Source: Candidatus Freyarchaeum deiterrae (GTDB lineage Archaea; Asgardarchaeota; Jordiarchaeia; Jordiarchaeales; Jordiarchaeaceae). From it: a DNA stretch of 64,000 nucleotides. A model generated the notes under the pieces. The model did not search any database and was not told the DNA's origin. It saw only the letters and a program-made list of their open reading frames with translations. Below, one piece after another: positions 8,754 through 19,466 of this stretch. How positions within the stretch are numbered: the stretch's first letter is position 1; each line of letters opens with the position of its first letter. The stretch is taken from NCBI GenBank assembly GCA_037305845.1, contig CP147778.1, positions 1,888,001-1,952,000 of the forward strand, written 5' to 3'. The translations under genes were made by a program, and so were the position numbers.

Positions 8754-9455
8754 ATGGAGAAGGCTCCTAAAGCTGAGGGGTTTGTTGTAATCGGTGGCAG
8801 AGTTTACGCTGCAAACCAAGTTATCCCCGCCCTAATGGCCGAAGGCTTTGCAGATATAAAATTAGAGCCTGGAGGCGTCTTAATAATTGGTGGGGTACGT
8901 ATACCCCCAATTTTCAAAAGTCCACAAGAACAAGCAATGGTAATTACCTGCTATGGCAGCCTAGCCTACTGCTGCAGCTTAGAGAAGGCTTGTGAAAATA
9001 GGGATAAAGCACTAGAACTACTAGGCTTATCAAAGGAAGATTATTTACGATTAAAAAATTATTTACATAACAAATTTATAGAATACTCAAAAGGCTTGGT
9101 TTCAAGTGAACCGGAATCAAGATACTTTACACCAGAGGATACCTACAATTCATACTCATACCGCAACAAACCAATCAACGCACCCGAAATTTTCGAGAAT
9201 GTTGAGAACACAAAGCCTCATCCCCTAATGAACTCTAATAAAACAAAACAAGAAGGAAACATCGCAGAACCAATAGCCGATCTTTTCAATCCTTCAGAAG
9301 AATCGAAAGCAGGCGAGTTGAATTCCTCGCAAAGCTACAGAGGCCGCGTATTATTTTCTGATCAAAATGATGAATTCTCTTTCTGCATTTATTGCGGGTC
9401 AACACTGCAACCGATGGCAAGATACTGCAAAAGGTGTGGAAAACCTGCACTCTGA
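8754..9455 (+). CDS. Cys-rich protein with methanogenesis-marker-9-like domain and C-terminal zinc ribbon
   Basis: CYGSLAYCCSLEKACENRD...LGLSKEDYLRLK, plus CIYC...CKRC. Confidence 0.6.
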   Translation: MEKAPKAEGFVVIGGRVYAANQVIPALMAEGFADIKLEPGGVLIIGGVRIPPIFKSPQEQAMVITCYGSLAYCCSLEKACENRDKALELLGLSKEDYLRLKNYLHNKFIEYSKGLVSSEPESRYFTPEDTYNSYSYRNKPINAPEIFENVENTKPHPLMNSNKTKQEGNIAEPIADLFNPSEESKAGELNSSQSYRGRVLFSDQNDEFSFCIYCGSTLQPMARYCKRCGKPAL

Positions 9456-9715
9456 ACCAACACCCCGCTTCCATCCTCCCTCAAAATCACGCATCCGAGT
9501 ATAATTCCGCATAAAGAGGGAGGACTCCATGCTCCGAATCCACAATACTGCACAAGAGGATTTCTCCCAGAGCTAGAGCTTGTTCACATAATTTTCTGAC
9601 ACAAACTACTAAAGCGAAATATTATAAACGAAAATATATTATTATTAAAGTGAAGAAGTGTCAGATGCTCTAAACTTGAAAATAAATCAGTTAAGACATC
9701 AGAAGGCGAAACAGA

Positions 9716-10231
9716 TTGGATGAAGAACCAAGAGTAATGAAAATTCTGGTAACAGGACCCTATTCCTCTGGAAAAAGTACTGTAGTAAGCAAACTATGCA
9801 AAAACGCTGTAAGCATTGATGCATTACATACAACTGTGGGTTTTGATTTTGGTTCTAGATATGAGGAAGTTAATTTTTTGGATTTGAAAATTTTTGGGAC
9901 ACCAGGCCAGGTGAGATTCAAATTTTTGCAGGAGATTCTGGCTCAGGGTAGTGCAGGTATTTTGCTGGTTGTAGATAGTACAGCTCCTGAAACTCTAGAA
10001 GTGGCAAAGGATGTCCTCATAAGGATGCAGAATGAACTTTCAGGAAGAGTATCCGTAGTGATTCTTGCAAACAAACAGGACTTAGTTGGAGCTCTAAGTC
10101 CAGAAGAAGTCAGAGAAAAATTAGGTGTTTCTAAAGATATTCCAGTGATAGGGACAGTGGCTACAGAAGCCATTGGGCTAAAAGAAGCCATTACAAAATT
10201 AATTAAACTGATGCTAAAAGCAGAAAAATAA
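9716..10231 (+). CDS. Small GTPase (MglA/ATP_bind_1-like)
   Basis: GPYSSGKST, TTVGFDFG, GTPGQ.RF, NKQD. Confidence 0.9.
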   Translation: MDEEPRVMKILVTGPYSSGKSTVVSKLCKNAVSIDALHTTVGFDFGSRYEEVNFLDLKIFGTPGQVRFKFLQEILAQGSAGILLVVDSTAPETLEVAKDVLIRMQNELSGRVSVVILANKQDLVGALSPEEVREKLGVSKDIPVIGTVATEAIGLKEAITKLIKLMLKAEK

Positions 10232-10305
10232 CACGATTTCAATCCTAAAGCATTATCCGAGCTGGTAATTTTGACAGAGAACAAAAAAGGAGGCTAAGGC
10301 AGACA

Positions 10306-11997
10306 TTGGATAGAATAGTTTTAGTTTCTATTAAGCTTCTCAGCGAGTTACTTAGCGCAGTAGAAACTGTGGACACGCTTAACACCAGCTCTAAATATAA
10401 ATCATGTGTTGAAAAGGTAATCAACGAACATCCTCAAATTTTAGAAGGATTTGATTTCAAATGGTTAGGGCTTAACGCTTACATCATATTGAATAATCTT
10501 TCTAAGACAGAGGAGGGGGCAAGACGTGAAAAATTCGTAGCCGCTCTTTTCGATTTGCTCCAAACCGCCTTTATTTGTGGAGAAACTCTAGGAGTAAACT
10601 TTGAGCAACTAGACAAAGCGGCACTAATTTACAATTCCCATCATCCCTTATTTGAGCAATACGAGCTAGCTAAAGGAAAAATTCATGAAAAACTGATTTG
10701 GTTTAAAAAAGAGAAAATCAAAAAAGAAGAAAATAAAAACAAAATAACCGTTTCACTGAGATGCGGGAGCAGGTTGGAGTCAACAAAAATTCCAGAACAA
10801 ATTTTGAATGGTGTGCTCGAACCCCAAAAAACTATACATAAAAAATTATCAATAAATTCTGTTAGCACTATTTTGAATGAACCAATAGGAAACGAACCTT
10901 TATTAAGGGAAGTTTCTGGCGCAAAAAGAGTGGCTATAATATTAGACTATAATTTTAATTCCCTTACGAGTGACATTCTAAAACTAGTCCTCAGCGAATT
11001 AAAAAAAGCAGGAATACCCAAGATCGAGATAGTACTGGCTTGCGGCTTGAATGAACCGAATTCAAGTGAAGTCATGAAGGAATTATCCTATGGTAACATT
11101 TCGGACAAATACGATATCAGTTTCCACAATCCATTGGACGAAGATAGCCTTACAGAAGTTGGAAGAACACTATCCGGAGCAAAGCTGAAGATAAACACGA
11201 AGATAACAGAAGCCGATTATCGAATAGCTATAGGATCCATACACCCCAATCCCTATTCAGGATTTACAGGAGGTTATCAATCCATACTTCCTGGAGTGGC
11301 AGGAGCAGAAGCAATTGTGTGTAATCAACTTAGAGGAATACTTTCAGGCAGCAGAATAGGGCACACATCTGATAATCCAGTGTTTAAAGACACACAAAGC
11401 GTAGCTTCACTTTGCAGCATTGACTTCCTCCTAAACACAGTTGTTGATAACAATGGCATAGCGGTAGACTTGGTCGCGGGCAACCCCGAAAACGCCTACG
11501 CTAAGGGAATAGACATATCCGGAAAGCTTTTCACAACAGAAGTAGATGAACGAGCAGAAGTAGTAATACTAGCACCAGGAAAACCGTATGACCAAGAACT
11601 TTACAAAAGCCTACAATCACTAGGAACTACAAAACAACTTCTAAAGCCTAACGGCCTAACAATAATGATTTTAGACCTGAGTCATGAAGATCTCACCAAA
11701 CTCGAAAAGGCTATGTCAATCAAATACAGCGAATTTCTAAATAATATAGACAAAGACCCCACGGCTATTCTGATAAGAAATATAATGGAGGTCGAAAGTA
11801 GGAACCTTATACTCGTCCCGGGAAGGTCTCTAAAAAATATCGGCAGACTTCCCATCATTAACGTAGATAACTTAAAAGAAGCAATAGACCAAGCAACACG
11901 GATAACTAAGCCATCTTCAATTCTGGTAGTTCGTGAAGCTTGGAATATAATTCCAGAATTTAAAAATGGTGAACACCCTTTTTCAAGCGACTTTTAA
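10306..11997 (+). CDS. LarA (lactate racemase)-fold protein with ~150-aa N-terminal extension, catalytic residues degenerate
   Basis: L.EPIG..PL, FHNP.D, G.T..G..L.IN, GFTGG..SILPG, DFLLN.V motifs of LarA/DUF2088. Confidence 0.75.
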   Translation: MDRIVLVSIKLLSELLSAVETVDTLNTSSKYKSCVEKVINEHPQILEGFDFKWLGLNAYIILNNLSKTEEGARREKFVAALFDLLQTAFICGETLGVNFEQLDKAALIYNSHHPLFEQYELAKGKIHEKLIWFKKEKIKKEENKNKITVSLRCGSRLESTKIPEQILNGVLEPQKTIHKKLSINSVSTILNEPIGNEPLLREVSGAKRVAIILDYNFNSLTSDILKLVLSELKKAGIPKIEIVLACGLNEPNSSEVMKELSYGNISDKYDISFHNPLDEDSLTEVGRTLSGAKLKINTKITEADYRIAIGSIHPNPYSGFTGGYQSILPGVAGAEAIVCNQLRGILSGSRIGHTSDNPVFKDTQSVASLCSIDFLLNTVVDNNGIAVDLVAGNPENAYAKGIDISGKLFTTEVDERAEVVILAPGKPYDQELYKSLQSLGTTKQLLKPNGLTIMILDLSHEDLTKLEKAMSIKYSEFLNNIDKDPTAILIRNIMEVESRNLILVPGRSLKNIGRLPIINVDNLKEAIDQATRITKPSSILVVREAWNIIPEFKNGEHPFSSDF

Positions 11998-12169
11998 ATA
12001 ACGCTCCCTTTAAAAAATTTCAGCACTTCTATCGTAATTCCACTCCAGCAGCAATGAAATACATGATGGAGGAAAGTACGACCTTCAGGGCAGGTAGTTT
12101 TACTGAATTCGAAAGGAATTAATACTTTATTTTTGTGACTCTTGAATATGTCCGTGTTATTGAAGTTTG

Positions 12170-13180
12170 TTATTGTTCACATTTGATTGTTTTTCCTTTC
12201 AATATTGCTTCATAAAGGGCTTGATCGATTGCGGTTTCAGAAATGTCTGAACAGTAATCAATAATTCTCTCGAGATGTATAATAATTACTTTACTTTCTG
12301 GAAATTCAGTTTCCAAGATCCTTATTTCTTTTTTGAGGATATTTCTCTGATCCAAAATATCAAACGCCTTACTTAAGTCTCTGCTGAAAAGCACACTAAT
12401 AAGCGAACTGTATAAATTGTTCGCCTTTTCCGCAAGCTTGGATAACTCCTCGTTAGCTGTTCCGTTGGCTAAAATCTGCTCTGCGATACCCACTGCGTGA
12501 TCCGCTATTCTTTCTATGTATCGAGTTATGTGACTATAATGCAGGCCTTCTATAGGTAGAATGTTCAATTCTTTAGCTAAAGTTGGATTCTCGAGTGTTA
12601 AGTGAACCATTCTCTGTACAAGCCAGTGATAACGATCAACATCATCATCCCGGTTGATGATTACCTGAGACTCCTTGGGATCCCCGTTTCCAATAATCCG
12701 GACTACACTATTTAGTATATAACCTGTTGTATTTAGTAATCTCTGAATTATAGGTTTTATAGATGACACTTCACTGATATCCTTAATTGAAATAGATTTA
12801 TCGGTCTCATCAACAACTTCAATCCCAATCATGGCCCTAACAGCGCTTTCAATATACTCTCTAAATTCGAGGGATATCTCCTTTGTAGATACTAAATTCA
12901 TTTGGTCTAGCCCTACCATATATCCCGCGACCAACATTACATGGGCCATATGCGGTTCACAATTCTCTATGTTCAGTGTGCCATTCAACTTTCGCTTATA
13001 TTCTTCTTTACTTGAAAATATCACTAGGCTTCCATCTTTCAACTCTTGAAAGTTAACTTGACTTCCGCCTTTTATCTTAGCTTTCACACACCATTCCTTT
13101 GGTAAATAAACGTAGAAAGACCCCTTTACCTCTTGGACTTTTCTAGATTCCATAATCCTAACACCTACATAAGGATTCAC
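12170..13180 (-). CDS. AbrB/PhoU phosphate uptake regulator
   Basis: RKVQ..GS.YVYLPKEW AbrB N-terminus, DDDVDR and ERIADH PhoU motifs. Divergent from pstS. Confidence 0.9.
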   Translation of the reverse strand: MNPYVGVRIMESRKVQEVKGSFYVYLPKEWCVKAKIKGGSQVNFQELKDGSLVIFSSKEEYKRKLNGTLNIENCEPHMAHVMLVAGYMVGLDQMNLVSTKEISLEFREYIESAVRAMIGIEVVDETDKSISIKDISEVSSIKPIIQRLLNTTGYILNSVVRIIGNGDPKESQVIINRDDDVDRYHWLVQRMVHLTLENPTLAKELNILPIEGLHYSHITRYIERIADHAVGIAEQILANGTANEELSKLAEKANNLYSSLISVLFSRDLSKAFDILDQRNILKKEIRILETEFPESKVIIIHLERIIDYCSDISETAIDQALYEAILKGKTIKCEQ

Positions 13181-13265
13181 ATGTATCCTTAAGAATCTTT
13201 AGGAAAATCTTAGTATAGCAAAAGATTAGAAGTCATCTCGAAATAAGTGTATAAGATTGAGAAGT

Positions 13266-14189
13266 ATGAAAGCAATACTAAGCCTGACACCCAAAAAAAC
13301 TTCATTGATTATACTTGGCCTACTAGGAATAGCAGCAATCTTCGCATTTGTAATCTATCCATATATATATGTCAAACCTCAAGCGGATTTACAGATGACT
13401 CTGGGGTACTACACTGGACAATCCTCTGATACAATAAATGTCGGGGGATCAACGACAGTACTGCCGATATCACTTGCTATCGCCCCGCTTTTTCACGCAT
13501 TTAGTGGAGTTAATGTTCAAGTATCTGCTGGAGGCTCAGGCCTAGGATACAGCAATGTTATTGATAGAATTTCGCCTATAGGCGCTGTTTCTAGAACTCC
13601 CACGAGTGATGAACTTAGTAGCGCTGCCTTAAAAGGGATAACACTTACATTAAATCCCATAGCACGTGACGCCATCTGCATAATTTGGAATATTCCTGAA
13701 GCGTCTAACTTAGAGCTAACAAAACAGCAAGTAGCAAATATATACAACGGACTTTATACCAACTGGAACCAAGTGAATCCGAGTTTCTCCCCTGTGACTA
13801 TATGGGTTGTTGGTAGGGAGCCCAACTCTGGGACGCGCCAAACTTTCGAAAGCACTTTTGGAGTTAGTAACGCTAAGGTTACCCAACAAGTAACCAATAA
13901 TCAGGACATGGTTTCTTCCGTTTTAAGCACACCTTACTCAATTGGGTATTGTAGCATCGCTTACGCTACTAATGTTAACACCGCTGAAATCGCCGGAGCT
14001 AATGGTACGTTCTACGCTCCAACAAGAGAAAACGTTAGAAATGGACTCTACCCTGCTTCAAGGGTGCTATACTATTTAACAGACGGAATTCCTTTCACAG
14101 GTTCCCTTATCAGTATGTTCCTTAACTTTGTGAATAGCACTATTGGTCAAGAGGCTGTTGAATTGTCGGGCTACGTGTCAATTATATAA
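13266..14189 (+). CDS. pstS: Phosphate ABC transporter substrate-binding protein
   Basis: N-terminal TM, GGSTTV.P, GGSGLG, RE.NSGTR motifs. Confidence 0.92.
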   Translation: MKAILSLTPKKTSLIILGLLGIAAIFAFVIYPYIYVKPQADLQMTLGYYTGQSSDTINVGGSTTVLPISLAIAPLFHAFSGVNVQVSAGGSGLGYSNVIDRISPIGAVSRTPTSDELSSAALKGITLTLNPIARDAICIIWNIPEASNLELTKQQVANIYNGLYTNWNQVNPSFSPVTIWVVGREPNSGTRQTFESTFGVSNAKVTQQVTNNQDMVSSVLSTPYSIGYCSIAYATNVNTAEIAGANGTFYAPTRENVRNGLYPASRVLYYLTDGIPFTGSLISMFLNFVNSTIGQEAVELSGYVSII

Positions 14190-14219
14190 AAGTAAAGTTT
14201 TTAGAATATAAGCTTCAAG

Positions 14220-15311
14220 GTGGTGAAGATGGATCGGATAGAACATTTACGGAAAGTTATGAGGAATCTTTGGCCTGTTAACTTTCTCATCCGACCGGCT
14301 CCTAGTGCTGATGTATTGCAATTGAAAGGAAGAGAGTACTTTAGGAGGTTTTTCTCACCTGAGGGGTTAACCGGCATATGCGCTCTTTCAAGCTTTATCA
14401 TAACCATGCTTATTCTATTTTTCCTCTTACAACAGAGTTTTCCCATACTTCAAGAGATGGGCTACGGGCAATATGCTCTTTTCCTCCTCAACAAGCTGGG
14501 TTACTCCGATTACGCCTCGATTCTGGCTAACGGAAACATTGTTACAGGTCTCATAAACTTGGTTACGGGTTCAACATGGGATCCAACTAATTTCAATTTC
14601 GGAATTCTTCCGCTAATAGCTGGAACTCTTGTGGTTGTCGGTGGGGCTCTGCTTATAGCAATTCCTATTGGAATATTTTCAGCGGTCCACCTATCAGAGT
14701 ACTGTCCTAGGAGAGTTAAGAATATAATAAAGCCGGTTATTGAACTTCTGGCGGGTATTCCGTCTGTAGTTTACGGGTTTGTTGGACTTACTATTCTAGT
14801 TCCCTGGATCGCTAGTGTTTTTAGTCTTAGGTCTGGTCAGTCGGCTCTTGCTGGATCAATCATTCTCTCAATCATGATTCTTCCCACAATCGTCACTATA
14901 AGCGAAGATGCAATAAGCGCCGTTCCTAGAGATTATAAAGAAGCTTCACTTGCCCTTGGAGCAACTCACTTCCAGACGGTTTGGAAAGTTCTTCTACCCG
15001 CTGCTGTTTCGGGCATTACGGCGAGCATTATTCTGGCAATTGGCAGAGCGCTTGGAGAAACTATGGCAGTACTTATGGTTGCCGGCGGAGTAGCAAACAT
15101 ACCTCCCCTTTCTTTACAAATGTTCTTCACATCCGTCCAACCTATGACCGCTGCGATAGCGGCAGAAATGGGAGAAACTGCTGTGGGCAGCGCGCACTAC
15201 AGTGCGCTTTTCGGTGTTGCGCTAGTGCTTTTTGGAATCACATACTTTGTCAATTTTATTGCTGATATTATTAACTCTAGGTTTAAAAAGAAGTTTGGGA
15301 GAGCTAAATAA
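14220..15311 (+). CDS. pstC: Phosphate ABC transporter permease
   Basis: [30 protein letters not shown]. Confidence 0.95.
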   Translation: MVKMDRIEHLRKVMRNLWPVNFLIRPAPSADVLQLKGREYFRRFFSPEGLTGICALSSFIITMLILFFLLQQSFPILQEMGYGQYALFLLNKLGYSDYASILANGNIVTGLINLVTGSTWDPTNFNFGILPLIAGTLVVVGGALLIAIPIGIFSAVHLSEYCPRRVKNIIKPVIELLAGIPSVVYGFVGLTILVPWIASVFSLRSGQSALAGSIILSIMILPTIVTISEDAISAVPRDYKEASLALGATHFQTVWKVLLPAAVSGITASIILAIGRALGETMAVLMVAGGVANIPPLSLQMFFTSVQPMTAAIAAEMGETAVGSAHYSALFGVALVLFGITYFVNFIADIINSRFKKKFGRAK

Positions 15312-16210
15312 TGGAAATTAAAAGAGAGTTGCCTATCGTCAAGAAGCGAGTTGGCATCGGAGAGATACTCTTCAGTATTCCCACCCTACTTATTTTAGCT
15401 TCATTCTTCATAATTATGGGTGCTATTGTTTATAATGGCGCGCCAGCAATTAGCTGGGATTTTCTAACTGGTACACCAGGATACAGAATGCTCTATGGTG
15501 GAGCGTTTATGCCCTACGGCGGAATACTACCCATGATATTTGGAACCCTTGCGCTTGTATCTGGAGCTATTGGCATAGCTGTGCCGCTCGGGGTTTTTTC
15601 AGCTGTGTACCTAAACGAATACTTGCATGAAGGTCGGTTAAAATCCTTCATAGACCAGTTTATAAGCAATCTAGCTGGAGTTCCTTCAATAGTGTTTGGT
15701 CTCTTCGCATTCTCCTTCTTCTCTAAACAGTTGGACTTGGGTGTTTCACTTATCACCGGATGGTTCGTCCTAGGATTCATGGCTCTTCCCATAATAGTCA
15801 AGTCAACAGAAGAAACCCTAAAGACTATACCTAGAGGCTTCCGGGAGGCAAGCTTAGCCCTTGGGGCGACCAAATGGGAGACCATAACCTCAGTTGTTCT
15901 ACCTGTAGCAGCCCCTGGAATCTCAACTGGTGTAATACTAGGGATTGGACGTGTTGCGGGTGAGACAGCAGCTATACTTTTTGCGGCAGCAATCTTTTAC
16001 CAGAGCAGTCTATACCCTGCAAATGTCTTTCAGCCAGTCATGGCTCTAACCTACCACTTGTACTACGAGGCAACCTCAAGTCCTTTTGCAGGAATAAACA
16101 GACCATACGAGTTTGGAACCGCTCTTGTGCTCGTCGGATTAGTTCTTCTCTTCAGCATGATTGCAATCTATATCAGAGCTAGAGGTCAGAAAAAAAGAAA
16201 AGGATGGTGA
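15311..16210 (+). CDS. pstA: Phosphate ABC transporter permease
   Basis: [31 protein letters not shown]. Confidence 0.95.
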   Translation: MEIKRELPIVKKRVGIGEILFSIPTLLILASFFIIMGAIVYNGAPAISWDFLTGTPGYRMLYGGAFMPYGGILPMIFGTLALVSGAIGIAVPLGVFSAVYLNEYLHEGRLKSFIDQFISNLAGVPSIVFGLFAFSFFSKQLDLGVSLITGWFVLGFMALPIIVKSTEETLKTIPRGFREASLALGATKWETITSVVLPVAAPGISTGVILGIGRVAGETAAILFAAAIFYQSSLYPANVFQPVMALTYHLYYEATSSPFAGINRPYEFGTALVLVGLVLLFSMIAIYIRARGQKKRKGW

Positions 16211-17052
16211 ACTTAATGGTATCCGTGTTAAACAAATTTACTTTGTCTAACCATCCGGAGGACGAAACCGGTAAAGAAAAAGAAAAAAGGCGCACCAGTA
16301 AAGATGTTAAGATAGAGACTAAAAATCTAAATCTATGGTTTAGTAAACATCAAGTCTTAAAAAACATAAATCTGAAAATTTCAGATAAAAAAGTCACTGC
16401 AATTATTGGGCCGTCAGGCTGTGGAAAAACTACTCTCATAAGATCTTTTAACAGAATGGTCGATCTGGATGGAGCTAGGGTTGAAGGGGAAGTACTTCTT
16501 GATGATGAAAACGTTTACGATTATGGAACCAATGTAGTAGCGCTCAGAGAAAGAGTAGGAATGGTTTTCCAAAGGCCTAACCCATTCCCTATGTCAATAT
16601 ATGACAACATTGCCTACGGTCCCAAACTTCATGGAATAAGTAATGATACGAACTTGGATAAAATTGTGATAGAAAGTTTGAAGAGCGCTGCATTATGGGA
16701 AGAGGTCGAGGATAGATTAAATGCGAATGCATATGAACTTTCTGGAGGTCAACAGCAAAGACTCTGTATTGCCCGAGCATTAGCTATAAATCCTGAGGTC
16801 CTGTTAATGGATGAACCATGTTCCTCCCTTGATCCTATAGCCACAGCGAAAATAGAAGACCTTGTGTGGGACCTCAAGGAAAAAATCGCGGTTATTATAG
16901 TAACTCACAATATGCAGCAAGCTGCAAGAGTTTCCCAGTTCACAGCCTTCATGTACCTAGGTGAACTCATAGAGTGTGACAAGACCAAAAAGATTTTTGA
17001 AACCCCACAGGAAGAACGCACAAGAGACTACGTTACAGGAAAGTTCGGATAA
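16204..17052 (+). CDS. pstB: Phosphate ABC transporter ATPase
   Basis: [31 protein letters not shown]-terminal GKFG. Confidence 0.96.
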   Translation: MVNLMVSVLNKFTLSNHPEDETGKEKEKRRTSKDVKIETKNLNLWFSKHQVLKNINLKISDKKVTAIIGPSGCGKTTLIRSFNRMVDLDGARVEGEVLLDDENVYDYGTNVVALRERVGMVFQRPNPFPMSIYDNIAYGPKLHGISNDTNLDKIVIESLKSAALWEEVEDRLNANAYELSGGQQQRLCIARALAINPEVLLMDEPCSSLDPIATAKIEDLVWDLKEKIAVIIVTHNMQQAARVSQFTAFMYLGELIECDKTKKIFETPQEERTRDYVTGKFG

Positions 17053-17069
17053 AGGAAGGAAGGAGTAAA

Positions 17070-17753
17070 TTGAAAGACGCATTAAAAGTTGAGAAGAAGA
17101 AAGTAAGAATACGCTACCAGGAACAATTAAAACAATTAGAAAATCTCGTTGCTAAGATGGGTGAGACAGCAATTGAGACAGTTCGGGATTCTGTTGAATC
17201 ACTGAAAAAACAAGACATCGAACTAGCTAAAAAAGTTCTGGAAAAATGCAAGACTGTTGATGAACTGGAATTTGAAATAGAAAAATTCTGCATGGATCTA
17301 TTAGCACTCCAACAGCCTATGGGAGACGATCTACGCTTTATTGCAACCTGCTTGAAAATCATAACAGACATAGACCGGATAAGCGACTACGGAGGCGACA
17401 TTGCAGAAATCACCTTAAAAACTGCAGGCAAACCTTTCTTCAAGCCCCTCATAGATATTCCCCGAATGGCTGAAATCACACAGGGAATGATTAGAAAAGC
17501 CTTAGATGCGTTTGTCACAAGAAAGGTTGACAACCTAACGAAACTCGGCGAGGAAGACGACCTAGTAGATGGTCTCTTCGACCAAATATGGAGAGAACTC
17601 ATCGCCTTAATAAAAGAAAAACCAAGCGGATTTTCTGACGCTGCGTACCTCCTTTTTGTAGCAAGATACCTTGAGAGAATAGGAGATCATTCTTGTAATC
17701 TCGCATCCAGAGTTATTTACATGGTCACTGGCAAAAGAGTAAAGATAGATTAA
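17070..17753 (+). CDS. phoU: Phosphate signalling protein PhoU
   Basis: QQPMGDDLR, DRISD, LERIGDH. Confidence 0.95.
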   Translation: MKDALKVEKKKVRIRYQEQLKQLENLVAKMGETAIETVRDSVESLKKQDIELAKKVLEKCKTVDELEFEIEKFCMDLLALQQPMGDDLRFIATCLKIITDIDRISDYGGDIAEITLKTAGKPFFKPLIDIPRMAEITQGMIRKALDAFVTRKVDNLTKLGEEDDLVDGLFDQIWRELIALIKEKPSGFSDAAYLLFVARYLERIGDHSCNLASRVIYMVTGKRVKID

Positions 17754-18013
17754 AAAATTAATTAAAAATCTAAATTAACACAAAACAAATTTTACAATTT
17801 CTTTAATTTTGAATTTCTCATTATCAACCTATTCATAAAATCATTTTTGGCCAAGCTTATCTGTTCTAAACGCTTTCAAAAGCATTAAAAGTAAATATCA
17901 TTACAAGACAGAATTCTGAAAACCTTGACAAACTCAAAATAAATTTAAGTATCGGTGAATTTACGTCTCAATAATCACTGAACCTTAAGTATCTTAACAG
18001 GTGGGCGTTAAAC

Positions 18014-18973
18014 ATGACCATAATCGACCTACTAAATGAGAAACAAGTAAAGTTCATGCTGTTTGGTGGCAAAGGCGGCGTTGGTAAAACATCCTGTGCA
18101 GCAGCGGCGTCTATATGGGCGGCCGGGCATGGCAGGAAGACTCTGATTATCAGTACAGACCCCGCTCACAGCCTAGGTGATAGTTTAGACCAGCAGATAG
18201 GTCCGGAAATAAAGAAAATTAAGGGAGTTAAAAATCTTTACGGGTTAGAGCTAGACCCTCATAAGGCTTTTGAGAATTATCAGAATAACTTGGAGCAGGG
18301 AGAGCTTCCCGAATCTCAGGCCCAGTCCTTACTTGGAGGATTAGGCGGCATAACAGGAATGACTCCGCCGGGAGCAGATGAAGCGTTGGCATTTGCCAAG
18401 GTGCTTGAGTACATTGAAAATCCGGAATACGATCTTGTAATCTTCGACACCGCACCCACAGGGCATACACTGAGGCTCCTATCCTTACCCGATGTACTTA
18501 GCGGCTGGGTTGTAAACCTACTTAAAATGAGAGAGTATTTCGGGAAATTCTCTGGAATGTTTAAACGATTAGTAGGAAAAGGCGGTGGGGAAGACCATAG
18601 TATGGAGGTTTTGGAGAAACTTAAGGACACCATTGATATTGCTCGGGGTGAGCTTTCGAATCCCGATAGCACGGCTTTCGTAATTGTTATGATACCTGAA
18701 GCAATGGCTGTGTTTGAAACCGAAAGATTACTTACTGCTCTCAATGAATACGAAATTCCCTCCGACCATATACTCGTTAACATGGTCTATCCGGAAATAC
18801 CAGATTGCGCATTTTGTAGGGCGCGGCGGACTATGCAGTTGGAAAACCTTAAGGAGATACACGAAATCTATGATGACTTCAACATCACAGAGATTCCACT
18901 ATACGAAAACGAAGTCAGAGGCATAGAACAACTAAAAAAGCTATCCAAAATATTATTCGGTGAAGCTGAGTAG
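18014..18973 (+). CDS. ArsA/GET3(TRC40)-family ATPase
   Basis: GGKGGVGKT, STDPAHSL, DTAPTGHT, CxxC (CAFC). Single ATPase domain. Confidence 0.9.
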   Translation: MTIIDLLNEKQVKFMLFGGKGGVGKTSCAAAASIWAAGHGRKTLIISTDPAHSLGDSLDQQIGPEIKKIKGVKNLYGLELDPHKAFENYQNNLEQGELPESQAQSLLGGLGGITGMTPPGADEALAFAKVLEYIENPEYDLVIFDTAPTGHTLRLLSLPDVLSGWVVNLLKMREYFGKFSGMFKRLVGKGGGEDHSMEVLEKLKDTIDIARGELSNPDSTAFVIVMIPEAMAVFETERLLTALNEYEIPSDHILVNMVYPEIPDCAFCRARRTMQLENLKEIHEIYDDFNITEIPLYENEVRGIEQLKKLSKILFGEAE

Positions 18974-19007
18974 AGTTCTCAAAGTTGAGGCCTATTCCCC
19001 AAATCTA

Positions 19008-19346
19008 CTATTGCAGGAATTGAAATGGATTAACTGGCGTGGATAAAAGAACATAACTTAATAGTATCAGTATCACCAGTCCGACTATTACTGTTAGAAT
19101 GATGCCCCACCGAGGATACCGGGCTCGAATCATTCCTCCAACTAGACTTAAAAAGGCTAAAAAACTCAAAATGATTAGAGTGATTGGTGACTTAAGATAG
19201 ACCTCTCCTACCGAATTAACTGTAAATGGATATATGCCGAGCAAATAGTCTCCAAAAATGAATGCTGCAACCAGTAAAGAAACCAGAAACAGAAAAGTCG
19301 CGAGTGCGTCTGTTTTCTCTTCTTTTGGTGGCTCTTTATCTTCCAT
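19008..19346 (-). CDS. Small three-TM membrane protein
   Basis: Three hydrophobic helices. Confidence 0.7.
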   Translation of the reverse strand: MEDKEPPKEEKTDALATFLFLVSLLVAAFIFGDYLLGIYPFTVNSVGEVYLKSPITLIILSFLAFLSLVGGMIRARYPRWGIILTVIVGLVILILLSYVLLSTPVNPFQFLQ

Positions 19347-19466
19347 GGCAACTCTTCCAGCACTATATTTTTAAGTGAAATATTTTAATAAGGTTATTTT
19401 TATAACATTCTTTACATAATCTCAATGTATGACCTTAACCCTTAGAATAAAAGGTGGAGAGCGTTC

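Noticed and set aside
9380-9589. Minus-strand ATG-TGA frame as a selenoprotein read-through
   Set aside because: No homology or redox motif, runs antisense into a real gene, and no convincing SECIS.
12063-12107. Possible C/D box sRNA (ATGATGG...CTGA)
   Set aside because: Imperfect C box, no clear C'/D' boxes or terminal stem; the target cannot be verified.
13185-13215. Imperfect inverted/direct repeats between the regulator and pstS as an operator
   Set aside because: Short, AT-rich and overlapping probable promoter elements; not distinguishable from chance.
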